DNA of 64,000 nt from an uncultured Candidatus Actinomarina sp. (GTDB lineage Bacteria > Actinomycetota > Acidimicrobiia > Actinomarinales > Actinomarinaceae), in NCBI GenBank assembly GCA_902595195.1, contig CACJPC010000001.1:17173-81172 (forward strand), written 5' to 3'. The notes under the pieces are model-generated. The model was given only the letters and a program-made list of their open reading frames with translations, searched no databases and had not been told where the DNA came from. The position numbers and the translations under genes are program-made. Below, piece by piece: positions 46,602-54,783 of this stretch (position 1 is the first letter of the stretch; each line of letters begins with the position of its first letter).

Positions 46602-47941
46602 TAATCATCCTTGTAACTTAAGCCGTTTATTATTCTTGAAGCTATTTTTTTAGAATTGTTAATAATTTCTGAAGACTCTTGTTCATCTATTTCCTCTGAA
46701 ATAAACTTTTGTTCTGTGAGGGGAATAGATTTTGGCAAAATACCAAACTTTTTATTTAAATTTTTTTTAAATTCTTTTTTGGTTAAATGATCAAAAACAG
46801 TCTCGTTAATAAAGCTTTCTAAATCGTCTATATCTAGACCTTCTAGTTCTGTAACTATAGATTCTATTGCTTCTAGTGAGTCTTCTTTGGTAGAGGGTTT
46901 TAGTTTATTTATACATTTTATGATATTTAAATCTTCATATTCTAACTCCTCATTAAGACTTGTTAAGAGCTCTTCTTCTAAAATAAGGTTGTAATAGTCA
47001 GATTTTCCTTCTAATTCGACTGTTATCATCAAAAACTTACCTGGGTTTTCATTCTGAATTGATTCAATTTTTTTGACAGTATTATTAACAATCTCACTTA
47101 TGTCTTGATCTTTTTTGACTTCTGTTACTGCTGTAAAAAACCTAGCATCATCTAATGGCTTAAATGTTAACTCTGGTTCAAAGTTTTTTACTTCAACTAA
47201 ATAACACCCTTTTCCATCTGAAATATCATTACAAGTTTCAGACGGTTTAGTGCTTAGCCCCTGTGGATTTCCAGGGTAGACAGCTAAATATGGATCTTGA
47301 ATGAGAATTTCTCTTTTGTGGATATGTCCAAATGCCCAGTAATTATATTCACATTTATCCAACATAGCTTTATTTGTCGGAGCATAATTATGTGTTTCAT
47401 CAAGCTTATATGTATTTTCATAACTTGTATGAATTAAACCAATGTTGTAGAAATCTTTAACTGGTTTTGGAAACTTTTCTACAAGTTTTTCTGTTACTAC
47501 TTTTTTTGGGTAGCTTTGACCGTGGATAGCTACTTTAAAATTATCAATAGTAAAAGTATCTGCATTTTTAGCTGGAAATACATAAGTGTTTTCAGGTAGC
47601 TTTTTTGCTTCAAAAGATGTTAATAAATCAGAATCAACATCATGGTTTCCTAAAACAATGTATATGTCAATATTTAATTGGTCTAACTTTTTTAAAAAGT
47701 TTTTAAATTTTTTAAAATAATTGTCACTAGAGGGCATATCGTCATCAAATGTATCCCCAGCGAGAAGAATGAAATCTGGTTGCTCTTCTTCAGCTAAAGC
47801 AACTAGGTTGTCGAGAACCTTAATGGGAGAACGTCTTGCTCGAATTTCTTGGTGAGGATCCAGAAAGCTATATTTTTTTGTTATTTCTCGCCCTATGTGT
47901 AGGTCAGAAATGTGAATAAATTTAAATTCTTTACCCGCCAT
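46601..47941 (-). CDS. Mre11/SbcD-like calcineurin-fold metallophosphoesterase (YhaO-like)
   Basis: FIHISDLHIG, LLAGDTFDD, VLGNHD and FGHIHK are phosphoesterase motifs I-IV/V. 1-nt overlap with the SbcC-like gene. Confidence 0.8.
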   Translation of the reverse strand: MAGKEFKFIHISDLHIGREITKKYSFLDPHQEIRARRSPIKVLDNLVALAEEEQPDFILLAGDTFDDDMPSSDNYFKKFKNFLKKLDQLNIDIYIVLGNHDVDSDLLTSFEAKKLPENTYVFPAKNADTFTIDNFKVAIHGQSYPKKVVTEKLVEKFPKPVKDFYNIGLIHTSYENTYKLDETHNYAPTNKAMLDKCEYNYWAFGHIHKREILIQDPYLAVYPGNPQGLSTKPSETCNDISDGKGCYLVEVKNFEPELTFKPLDDARFFTAVTEVKKDQDISEIVNNTVKKIESIQNENPGKFLMITVELEGKSDYYNLILEEELLTSLNEELEYEDLNIIKCINKLKPSTKEDSLEAIESIVTELEGLDIDDLESFINETVFDHLTKKEFKKNLNKKFGILPKSIPLTEQKFISEEIDEQESSEIINNSKKIASRIINGLSYKDD

Positions 47942-48009
47942 AAAGATATTGTAAAAAATATTTTATGGATAAACAATCTGTCTTACTAAATTCTTAAAAT
48001 AAAAGTGTA

Positions 48010-48507
48010 ATGGTTAAGGTAGAAACAAGAATTCAACTAGCAATTAAAGAGATTCTTGAAGAAGAAACATGGAAACACCTAAAAACAAACAACAATTTCG
48101 ATAAGGTTCTATCTATTGCTTCGTTAATTGAACCTTTCAATGAAGGTCCTGATGTTTGTTATGAAGACTGTAGAGGTATGTGTTTTGGTTGTTACGATGG
48201 CTACAAATACTCTCTTGATTGGAGAGCAAATTATAACCTTAGAACAAAAAAACCTTTTAGTCTAATCACAGTTCACGAACTTGATATGTTGATTGATGCT
48301 TTAGATGACAAGGTACACAAATGTAATGAGTGGTGTTCAGATTTTATTTGTTATAAATATAAAAGCAAAACATGTTCAGTCATGGATTGTCATAATTTAT
48401 ATATTAAAAAAAACAAAAATTTAAAGTATTGTTCCTGGTGTAGACAGCAAAGCTGGCCAATTTATAGAAATAATTATTTGATTAAAAATGGACTACACGA
48501 AATCTAA
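48010..48507 (+). CDS. Cys-rich hypothetical protein (165 aa)
   Basis: CYEDCRGMCFGCYDGY and CNEWCSDFICYKYKSKTCSVMDCH...CSWCRQ. No family recognised. Confidence 0.45.
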   Translation: MVKVETRIQLAIKEILEEETWKHLKTNNNFDKVLSIASLIEPFNEGPDVCYEDCRGMCFGCYDGYKYSLDWRANYNLRTKKPFSLITVHELDMLIDALDDKVHKCNEWCSDFICYKYKSKTCSVMDCHNLYIKKNKNLKYCSWCRQQSWPIYRNNYLIKNGLHEI

Positions 48508-48600
48508 AGATAACAATAAGAACTACGATAATTGTATAGGAAAAAAAATGTTTTAAAACAAATATTGATATCAAAAGTTTCAATTATATAGAATTAAACT

Positions 48601-49539
48601 ATGGCAGAAAAAAACTTAAGTAGAAATCTGAACGCAGCAAAAAGAAATAAAGAAGACGAATTTTATACTCAGCTAGATGACATCAATAAAGAACTGCAAC
48701 ATTACAAAAAACATTTCAAAAATAAAATAATTTATTGCAATTGTGATGATCCAAGAATTAGTAACTTCTTTAATTATTTTTCTTTAAATTTTGAACATCT
48801 TGAGTTGCAAAAACTAATCACAACATGTTACAAGAACCAAGATTGGAATTTATTTTCAACGGACCAGTCGGAAAGTGCGGTATATCTTGAATACGAAGGT
48901 GATAAGAATAATAATAGAGTTCCAGATCCAGAAGAAATTGGTGTACATAAATTAAAGGGAGATGGTGACTTTAGAAGTGATGAGAGTATTGAATTGCTCA
49001 AACAAGCAGATATTGTAGTTACCAATCCACCATTTTCGTTATTTAGAGACTACCTTGATCAGTTAATCAAATATGATAAAAAGTTTTTAATCATAGGTAA
49101 TATAAATGCAGTCTCATATAAGAACTGTTTCGAATATATTAAAGCAAATAAATTGTGGTTGGGCTACAACACTGTCCGACACTTTCAAAAACCTGATGGA
49201 AGCATGTATGAAACAGCAAGATCGTTTTGGTATACGAATTTAGATATTAAAAAAAGACATGAAGACTTCGTTCTATATAAGAAATATAACAAAGATGAAT
49301 TTCCAAAATATGATAATTATGACGCTATCAATGTAAATAAGGCTGTTGATATACCTCTTGACTATGACGGATTAATGGGTGTGCCTATAACTTTTCTTGA
49401 TAAATATAATCCTGAACAATTTGAAATTATTGGTATTGATAGACAGTTGGTTGAAGAAAAAACTGGAAAAGTAAGCAGGTTTTTTATAGATAACAAAGAA
49501 ATATATGCAAGAGTTATTATTAAGAATAAAAGATTATGA
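48601..49539 (+). CDS. N6-adenine DNA methyltransferase, EcoRI-methylase-like family (copy 1)
   Basis: N-terminal DEFYTQLDDINKEL...YCNCDDP...FFNYF and catalytic DIVVTNPPFS (NPPF at 49021-49035). The family was assigned from recalled PF13651-type N-terminal motifs. Confidence 0.8.
   Translation: MAEKNLSRNLNAAKRNKEDEFYTQLDDINKELQHYKKHFKNKIIYCNCDDPRISNFFNYFSLNFEHLELQKLITTCYKNQDWNLFSTDQSESAVYLEYEGDKNNNRVPDPEEIGVHKLKGDGDFRSDESIELLKQADIVVTNPPFSLFRDYLDQLIKYDKKFLIIGNINAVSYKNCFEYIKANKLWLGYNTVRHFQKPDGSMYETARSFWYTNLDIKKRHEDFVLYKKYNKDEFPKYDNYDAINVNKAVDIPLDYDGLMGVPITFLDKYNPEQFEIIGIDRQLVEEKTGKVSRFFIDNKEIYARVIIKNKRL
48832..49049. repeat. 218-bp block 100% identical to 49767..49984 (direct repeat, offset 935 bp)
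   Basis: Compared base by base. It also explains the two identical antisense track ORFs (48828..49025 and 49763..49960). Confidence 0.97.
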
Positions 49540-50537
49540 CAACTGGTAGTAATAATTCAAGCTTACGAAAAGCTGCAGCAACAAAAGCAGACGAATTTTA
49601 TACTCACCTTCCTGACATTGAAAAAGAACTTCAACACTATAAACCTCACTTTAAAGATAAAATTGTTTATTGCAATTGTGATGATCCAAGAATTAGTAAC
49701 TTCTTTAATTATTTTTCAATTAACTTCGAACATCTTGGATTAAAAAAGCTTATTACAACCTGCTATAAGAACCAAGATTGGAATTTATTTTCAACGGACC
49801 AGTCGGAAAGTGCGGTATATCTTGAATACGAAGGTGATAAGAATAATAATAGAGTTCCAGATCCAGAAGAAATTGGTGTACATAAATTAAAGGGAGATGG
49901 TGACTTTAGAAGTGATGAGAGTATTGAATTGCTCAAACAAGCAGATATTGTAGTTACCAATCCACCATTTTCGTTATTTAGAGAATATGTAGATCAGTTA
50001 ATCAAATATGATAAAAAGTTTTTAATAATTGGGCATCAAAATGCGATTACTTACAGAGAAATATTTAAGTTATTAAAAGAAGATAAAATATGGCTTGGCA
50101 ATTATGTAGGTGATATGTCATTTAAAGTTCCAGAAACTTATGAGGAAAAGAAAACAAGATTCTGGATTGATGAAACTGGCCAAAAATGGAGAAGTATGGG
50201 AAATACATGCTGGTTTACAAATCTAGAAATTGAAAAGAGAGAAGAAGAATTGATACTTTACAAGAAATTTAATAAAAATGATTTTCCATTTTATGACAAT
50301 TACGATGCAATTAATGTTGATAAAGTTTCGGATATTCCTTTGGATTATGATGGTTTTATGGGAGTTCCCATAACATTTTTACACAAACATAACAAAAATC
50401 AATTTGAGATTCTTGGCATAATGAATACAGGAGAAGAAAATAAAGGAATACGACTTCCAAATACTCCTCATGGTAGACCGTTGGTAAATGGTAAAGAGAA
50501 GTATTTAAGGGTATTAATAAGAAATAGAACATTATGA
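49536..50537 (+). CDS. N6-adenine DNA methyltransferase, EcoRI-methylase-like family (copy 2)
   Basis: DEFYTHLPDIEKEL...YCNCDDP and DIVVTNPPFS (49956-49970). ATGA overlap with copy 1. The C-terminal half differs from copy 1. Confidence 0.8.
   Translation: MTTGSNNSSLRKAAATKADEFYTHLPDIEKELQHYKPHFKDKIVYCNCDDPRISNFFNYFSINFEHLGLKKLITTCYKNQDWNLFSTDQSESAVYLEYEGDKNNNRVPDPEEIGVHKLKGDGDFRSDESIELLKQADIVVTNPPFSLFREYVDQLIKYDKKFLIIGHQNAITYREIFKLLKEDKIWLGNYVGDMSFKVPETYEEKKTRFWIDETGQKWRSMGNTCWFTNLEIEKREEELILYKKFNKNDFPFYDNYDAINVDKVSDIPLDYDGFMGVPITFLHKHNKNQFEILGIMNTGEENKGIRLPNTPHGRPLVNGKEKYLRVLIRNRTL
49767..49984. repeat. 218-bp block 100% identical to 48832..49049
   Basis: See the partner repeat. Confidence 0.97.
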
Positions 50538-51643
50538 AAATACAACCTAAAAACATAAAAATCTCAGATTTAGTTAAAGAATATGTCAACAATGACGAAG
50601 AAGGTGTTATCGGATATGGAGGAAAATTAAATATTAGACCTAAATACCAAAGAGAATTTGTATATGGAGAAAAAGAAAGAAATTTAGTTATAGATACAGT
50701 TTTCAAAGGATTTCCCTTAAGCGTGTTTTACTGGGCAGTTAACGATCAAGAGGGATATGAGATAATTGATGGCCAACAAAGAACTATCTCAATATGCGAA
50801 TTTGTTGCAGGTAACTTTTCCATAAAGCATCCTCTAAATAACAGTGACGTCTATTTTCACTCTCTTCAACCTGATGAAGTAAAAAAAATATTAGATTATA
50901 AAATTTCAGTATATTTATGCGAAGGTGAAGCCAGTGAAAAACTTGCTTGGTTTGAAGTTATTAATATAGCCGGAAAAGTACTTACAGATCAGGAACTAAG
51001 AAATGCAGTATATTCTGGACCATGGGTTTCTGATGCAAGAAAATACTTTAGTAAGACTAGGTGTTACGCATCTAACGTTGCTGGTGATTATTTAAGTGGA
51101 AGAGCAATAAGGCAAGACTATCTTGAGACAATAATTAAATGGATAAGCAATAATGATATAAATAAATATATGAGTAAACATCAGTATGATAATGATGCAA
51201 GCGAGCTAAAAGAGTACTTTGATAATGTATTTGAATGGGTAAAGAGAATTTATCCGAACTACAGAAAAGAAATGAATGGCATTGATTGGGGAATTCTTTA
51301 TAACACGTATAATGTACTTGAATTTGATTCAGAAGATTTAGAGAAAAAGATTCAAGAGCTTTACAAAAATGAAGAAGTTACAAAACAAAAAGGTATCTTT
51401 AGTTACTTAATTACAGGAGATGAAAGACATTTAAGTCTTAAAACATTTAATCCACAAGTAAAAGCACGGGTTTATGAAAAACAGTCTGGAATATGTATTC
51501 AGCCAGATGGTTGTGGAGAAGAATTTGAAATATCTCAAATGGATGCCGACCACATAATTCCATGGAATAGAAACGGAAAAACTGTAGAAGAAAATTGCCA
51601 ATTACTCTGTGCTTCTTGTAACAGAGCTAAGAGCGATCGGTAA
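50534..51643 (+). CDS. DUF262 (ParB/Srx-like NTPase, GmrSD-N type) fused to a C-terminal HNH nuclease
   Basis: RPKYQREFVY and IIDGQQRT (DGQQR at 50768-50782) are DUF262 hallmarks. The C-terminal DADHIIPWNRNGKTVEENCQLLCASCNRAKSD is an HNH motif (from 51542). ATGA overlap with methylase copy 2. Confidence 0.8.
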   Translation: MKIQPKNIKISDLVKEYVNNDEEGVIGYGGKLNIRPKYQREFVYGEKERNLVIDTVFKGFPLSVFYWAVNDQEGYEIIDGQQRTISICEFVAGNFSIKHPLNNSDVYFHSLQPDEVKKILDYKISVYLCEGEASEKLAWFEVINIAGKVLTDQELRNAVYSGPWVSDARKYFSKTRCYASNVAGDYLSGRAIRQDYLETIIKWISNNDINKYMSKHQYDNDASELKEYFDNVFEWVKRIYPNYRKEMNGIDWGILYNTYNVLEFDSEDLEKKIQELYKNEEVTKQKGIFSYLITGDERHLSLKTFNPQVKARVYEKQSGICIQPDGCGEEFEISQMDADHIIPWNRNGKTVEENCQLLCASCNRAKSDR

Positions 51644-51665
51644 TTAGTAAATCCCTTGCCTTAAT

Positions 51666-52187
51666 TTAATAATCCTTGTCTCTTGGAGTTAGGGGTGCCC
51701 CATATTGTCTATATGGTGCTGCGTCTTCAATTCTTTTTTCACGCGCAATTCTCTCTTTATTAGTTTCTTTTAGATTCGTATCCTTATAATTCTTGATTCT
51801 CTGAAACTCTAAATTAAAAAATTCTAATTTTTTACTAAGCTCATCTTTATTAATTCTCAAGTTAGTTTGCTCACCCTGAATCTCGTCTAAAGTAAGTTGA
51901 ATGAGTTTTTTTAGTTTTTTAAGTAAACGAAGAAATTTTTTATCTGTTGATGTTGTTTTAAGTTGCTCAATCTCAGCCAGCCTATTTAAGAACTCATTTA
52001 CAATCTTTTTTAAACTGTCTTCATGAATAATTTCCATATCCGTCATGTTTTTTCCATATTTGATAAGATTTTCACGTCTCTCTTCATTCTCAACAGATTG
52101 TTTTTCTCGAATTAATCTCTCTTTATCAGTTTCACGGATACCAGTTTCTAACCAGTTTTTCATTTTCTCTTTTTTATTTTTATCCAT
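51666..52187 (-). CDS. Charged coiled-coil protein (173 aa), unknown function
   Basis: E/K/R-rich heptad-like sequence. Divergent from the Hsp70-like operon. Confidence 0.45.
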   Translation of the reverse strand: MDKNKKEKMKNWLETGIRETDKERLIREKQSVENEERRENLIKYGKNMTDMEIIHEDSLKKIVNEFLNRLAEIEQLKTTSTDKKFLRLLKKLKKLIQLTLDEIQGEQTNLRINKDELSKKLEFFNLEFQRIKNYKDTNLKETNKERIAREKRIEDAAPYRQYGAPLTPRDKDY

Positions 52188-52212
52188 ATTTAAGTCCTAT
52201 TAATATTTAATT

Positions 52213-52524
52213 ATGGTCATGAAAAGTAAAACAAAAAAGTTAAAAATAGATTTTAAAAACATTGAGACAGATCTATTAAAAATCAACAAAAGTATCTCTG
52301 ATCTATATCAAAAAATAGACCATCTTGATCAAGAAGAGTTGAGGATTGAAATAAAGAACTTATTTCAATCCTCTGAGATAAGTATCATTGATGAGTATGA
52401 AGGCTTTGATAATTGTTTTGTTACATCAGTTGGTACGGAGAATAAAATTAATAGACCTGCTTTTGTGGATAAGTACGGCAACTGTATTGTACAGGGCTAT
52501 AGAGAAGTCACAAAGAAAAGTTAG
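52213..52524 (+). CDS. Hypothetical protein (103 aa), first gene of the Hsp70-like operon
   Basis: Ends 3 nt before the Hsp70-like start. No motif recognised. Confidence 0.45.
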   Translation: MVMKSKTKKLKIDFKNIETDLLKINKSISDLYQKIDHLDQEELRIEIKNLFQSSEISIIDEYEGFDNCFVTSVGTENKINRPAFVDKYGNCIVQGYREVTKKS

Positions 52525-52527
52525 ATT

Positions 52528-54778
52528 ATGGGTAAGCAAGCTTTAGGGTTTGATTTTGGAACATCCAACTGTACAGTGTCAATTTTTGACTCTGATAAAG
52601 GGATAGTCGAAACACTACCTATCTCAAACTATTCAGACACAAAAAAGCGAAGCCAAGCTAATCAATCTTTATTCCCTTCAAAGGTGGGCCTCAATGATGA
52701 ATTAGAATGGGTATTTGGTGATGATACAAGAAATTGTGAAAGAGATTTTGTATGGGATAACTCTAAAAGACTATTAGAACACAACACCCCAATTTATAGA
52801 GGAGGAGTTCACAAGAAACCTGTCTGGGTTGCAATAGGGATAATGGGTGGAATATTTAAAGAACTAAAAAATCTATCAATAAAAACATCTTTACCCATGG
52901 TAATTACAGTGCCAGCTAACTCATACAGTACACAAAGAAGTCTCACAAGATTGGCAGCAGAGACTTATAACTTTAATGTAGATCAGTTAGTATCTGAGCC
53001 ATGCGCTGCAGCATTAGGTTGCTATAAGAACATAGAGAGTTTAAAGAATATTTTAATAGTTGATGTGGGTGGCGGCACAACAGATATAGCATTAATTGAA
53101 AATGATTTTGGTACGTTAAAAGAGATAGCAATTGAAGGCTTGAAGAGATTTGGCGGTATAAATATTGATCAAAAATTATATGAGGCGTATAAAGAAGAGT
53201 TTGAATTATCTACTGATTCAGAGAAATTACTTTTTAGAGATTTACTTGAAGATGTAAAAATAGAGCTGTCATCCAAAAAGAACTCCAAATTAATTTTTTA
53301 AAGACAAAGTAGTAGACATCACAAGAGAAAACCTTGAAAAATTAATTAAAAAAGATATTGAAAGTTTAGATAAAACTATTGATAAGGTTTTAAAAAAAGG
53401 TAAGGTCGAGTTAAAAAATGTAGAAGCTGTTTTACCTATTGGAGGCTCATCTAATATTCCTGCAGTAAGAGAGCTTTTGAAAAAAAAGTTTAAATCAAAA
53501 TTAATAAATCTTGATTTTGATGAGGCAATTACTGCAGTTGCAAAAGGTGCAGCAATAGCTTCCGCTATAAACACTGGAATTATTAAAGATCTTAACTTTC
53601 AACAGTGTCTGGAGCATAGTGTTGGTCTCAGGGTCTGGAGTGGCACTAAAGAAAATAAGATTTTTAAAGCCATGTTAGAAAAAGGTTCTGTATTTCCAGC
53701 ATCCGCAGTAGAAACTTTTATATCAGATACAGATGAATCTATAGTTGCTTTATATGAAAGTACTTCAGGCAAGTTAAAAAACAACGATACAAAATTAATT
53801 ATTGAAAAAAGAATTAAAACTGGAGTTATGCATGTTGATGTTGAGCTCACTTATGATGACGATGGAAAAATAGATATTAAAACATACAACATTAATAAAG
53901 ATGAGAGGGGAAAGTTAGGAGATTTAGGAGATAGTAGTAAAGACTCGCAAGGATACATCAAAAATTTACAAGCTAAATCTCGTGAACAAGGAATGGACTT
54001 AAAGATAGATAGTATCAAATATGTTGACTCACAATTAAATCAAAAGAAATTAAAAGAATGGTCAAACGAATTCCTGGGGAAATATAAAAAATATAAAAAA
54101 GTATCTGAGAAGGTAAAAAATATTTTTAAAAAAGAAGCAAAGGATGATTTTATTTCTATTAATAATGAAGACATCTCCAATGTGGTTGTTGAAGATAGTC
54201 CTGATATGGAGTTTGGAAGTACAAACGATGCATTTATGTATGCTGAAGGTATTTTAAAACGCACCTTAAGACTTGTTTTTACATATGCAGGGTATGAAAA
54301 AATACATCATTTTAGAGGTATTCATGACTTGTTAAGTGAGCGTGATGTAATTTACAAAACAAGAGAAAGGTTGTTTCCAGAGCAGCCATTAGACGACAAA
54401 AGATGGTTAATTAAAGTACTTCTGAAGTCAAGATATTTACAAAATCTAGGACATACAAACACTAATGAGGTTAAGGGAAGCCTTGACTCTTTAAGAACAA
54501 TTCTAAATAAATTTAGCCATGGAGTCAGATCTGGTTTTTTTTCAGAAGTATTTAATGATTCTTTAGATGAATATGACTCACTAATTGAAAGCAATATATT
54601 AGAAGAGGTATACAAAGAATCAACATATACAGCACAAGATGTTGTTTTACTTTCATCAAATATAGTTTCGTTAATCTCTTCTTTAATTAACACAAAAGTA
54701 TACACGGGACAAGAGAGAGAAGATCTAATACAAATGCTAGAAAGTATGCATACTTTAGTACAAACATATAAAGAGTAA
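52528..54778 (+). pseudogene. Hsp70/DnaK-like protein (NBD + beta-sandwich SBD) with a non-chaperone HEPN-like C-terminal domain, split by a one-base frameshift in a T6 run (53294-53299)
   Basis: Frame 1: ALGFDFGTSNCTV (phosphate-1), VSEPCAAAL, LIVDVGGGTTDIALI (phosphate-2, 53062-53085). After the shift, frame 2 opens at 53294: FKDKVVDITRENLEKL..., LPIGGSSNIPAVRELL, DEAITAVAKGAAI, then the SBD-like HVDVELTYDDDGKIDIKTYN. The tail has RYLQNLGH (54431-54454) and LRTILNKFSHG. Removing one T restores about 750 aa. Confidence 0.7.
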
Positions 54779-54783
54779 AAAAA

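Noticed and set aside
48828-49025. Two identical 65-aa minus-strand ORFs (48828..49025 and 49763..49960).
   Set aside because: Their identity is a by-product of the 218-bp identical block in the two plus-strand methylase genes. They are antisense to strong coding sequence.
50356-50706. 116-aa minus-strand ORF spanning the methylase-2/DUF262 junction.
   Set aside because: It is antisense to two motif-bearing, translationally coupled genes. Its hydrophobic composition is typical of antisense AT-rich DNA.
53290-53574. Minus-strand ORFs antisense to the Hsp70-like and coiled-coil genes (53290..53574, 53599..53850, 54040..54264, 54352..54705, 55056..55292).
   Set aside because: These are antisense shadows of low-complexity, AT-rich coding sequence. 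The plus-strand frames carry clear Hsp70 motifs.
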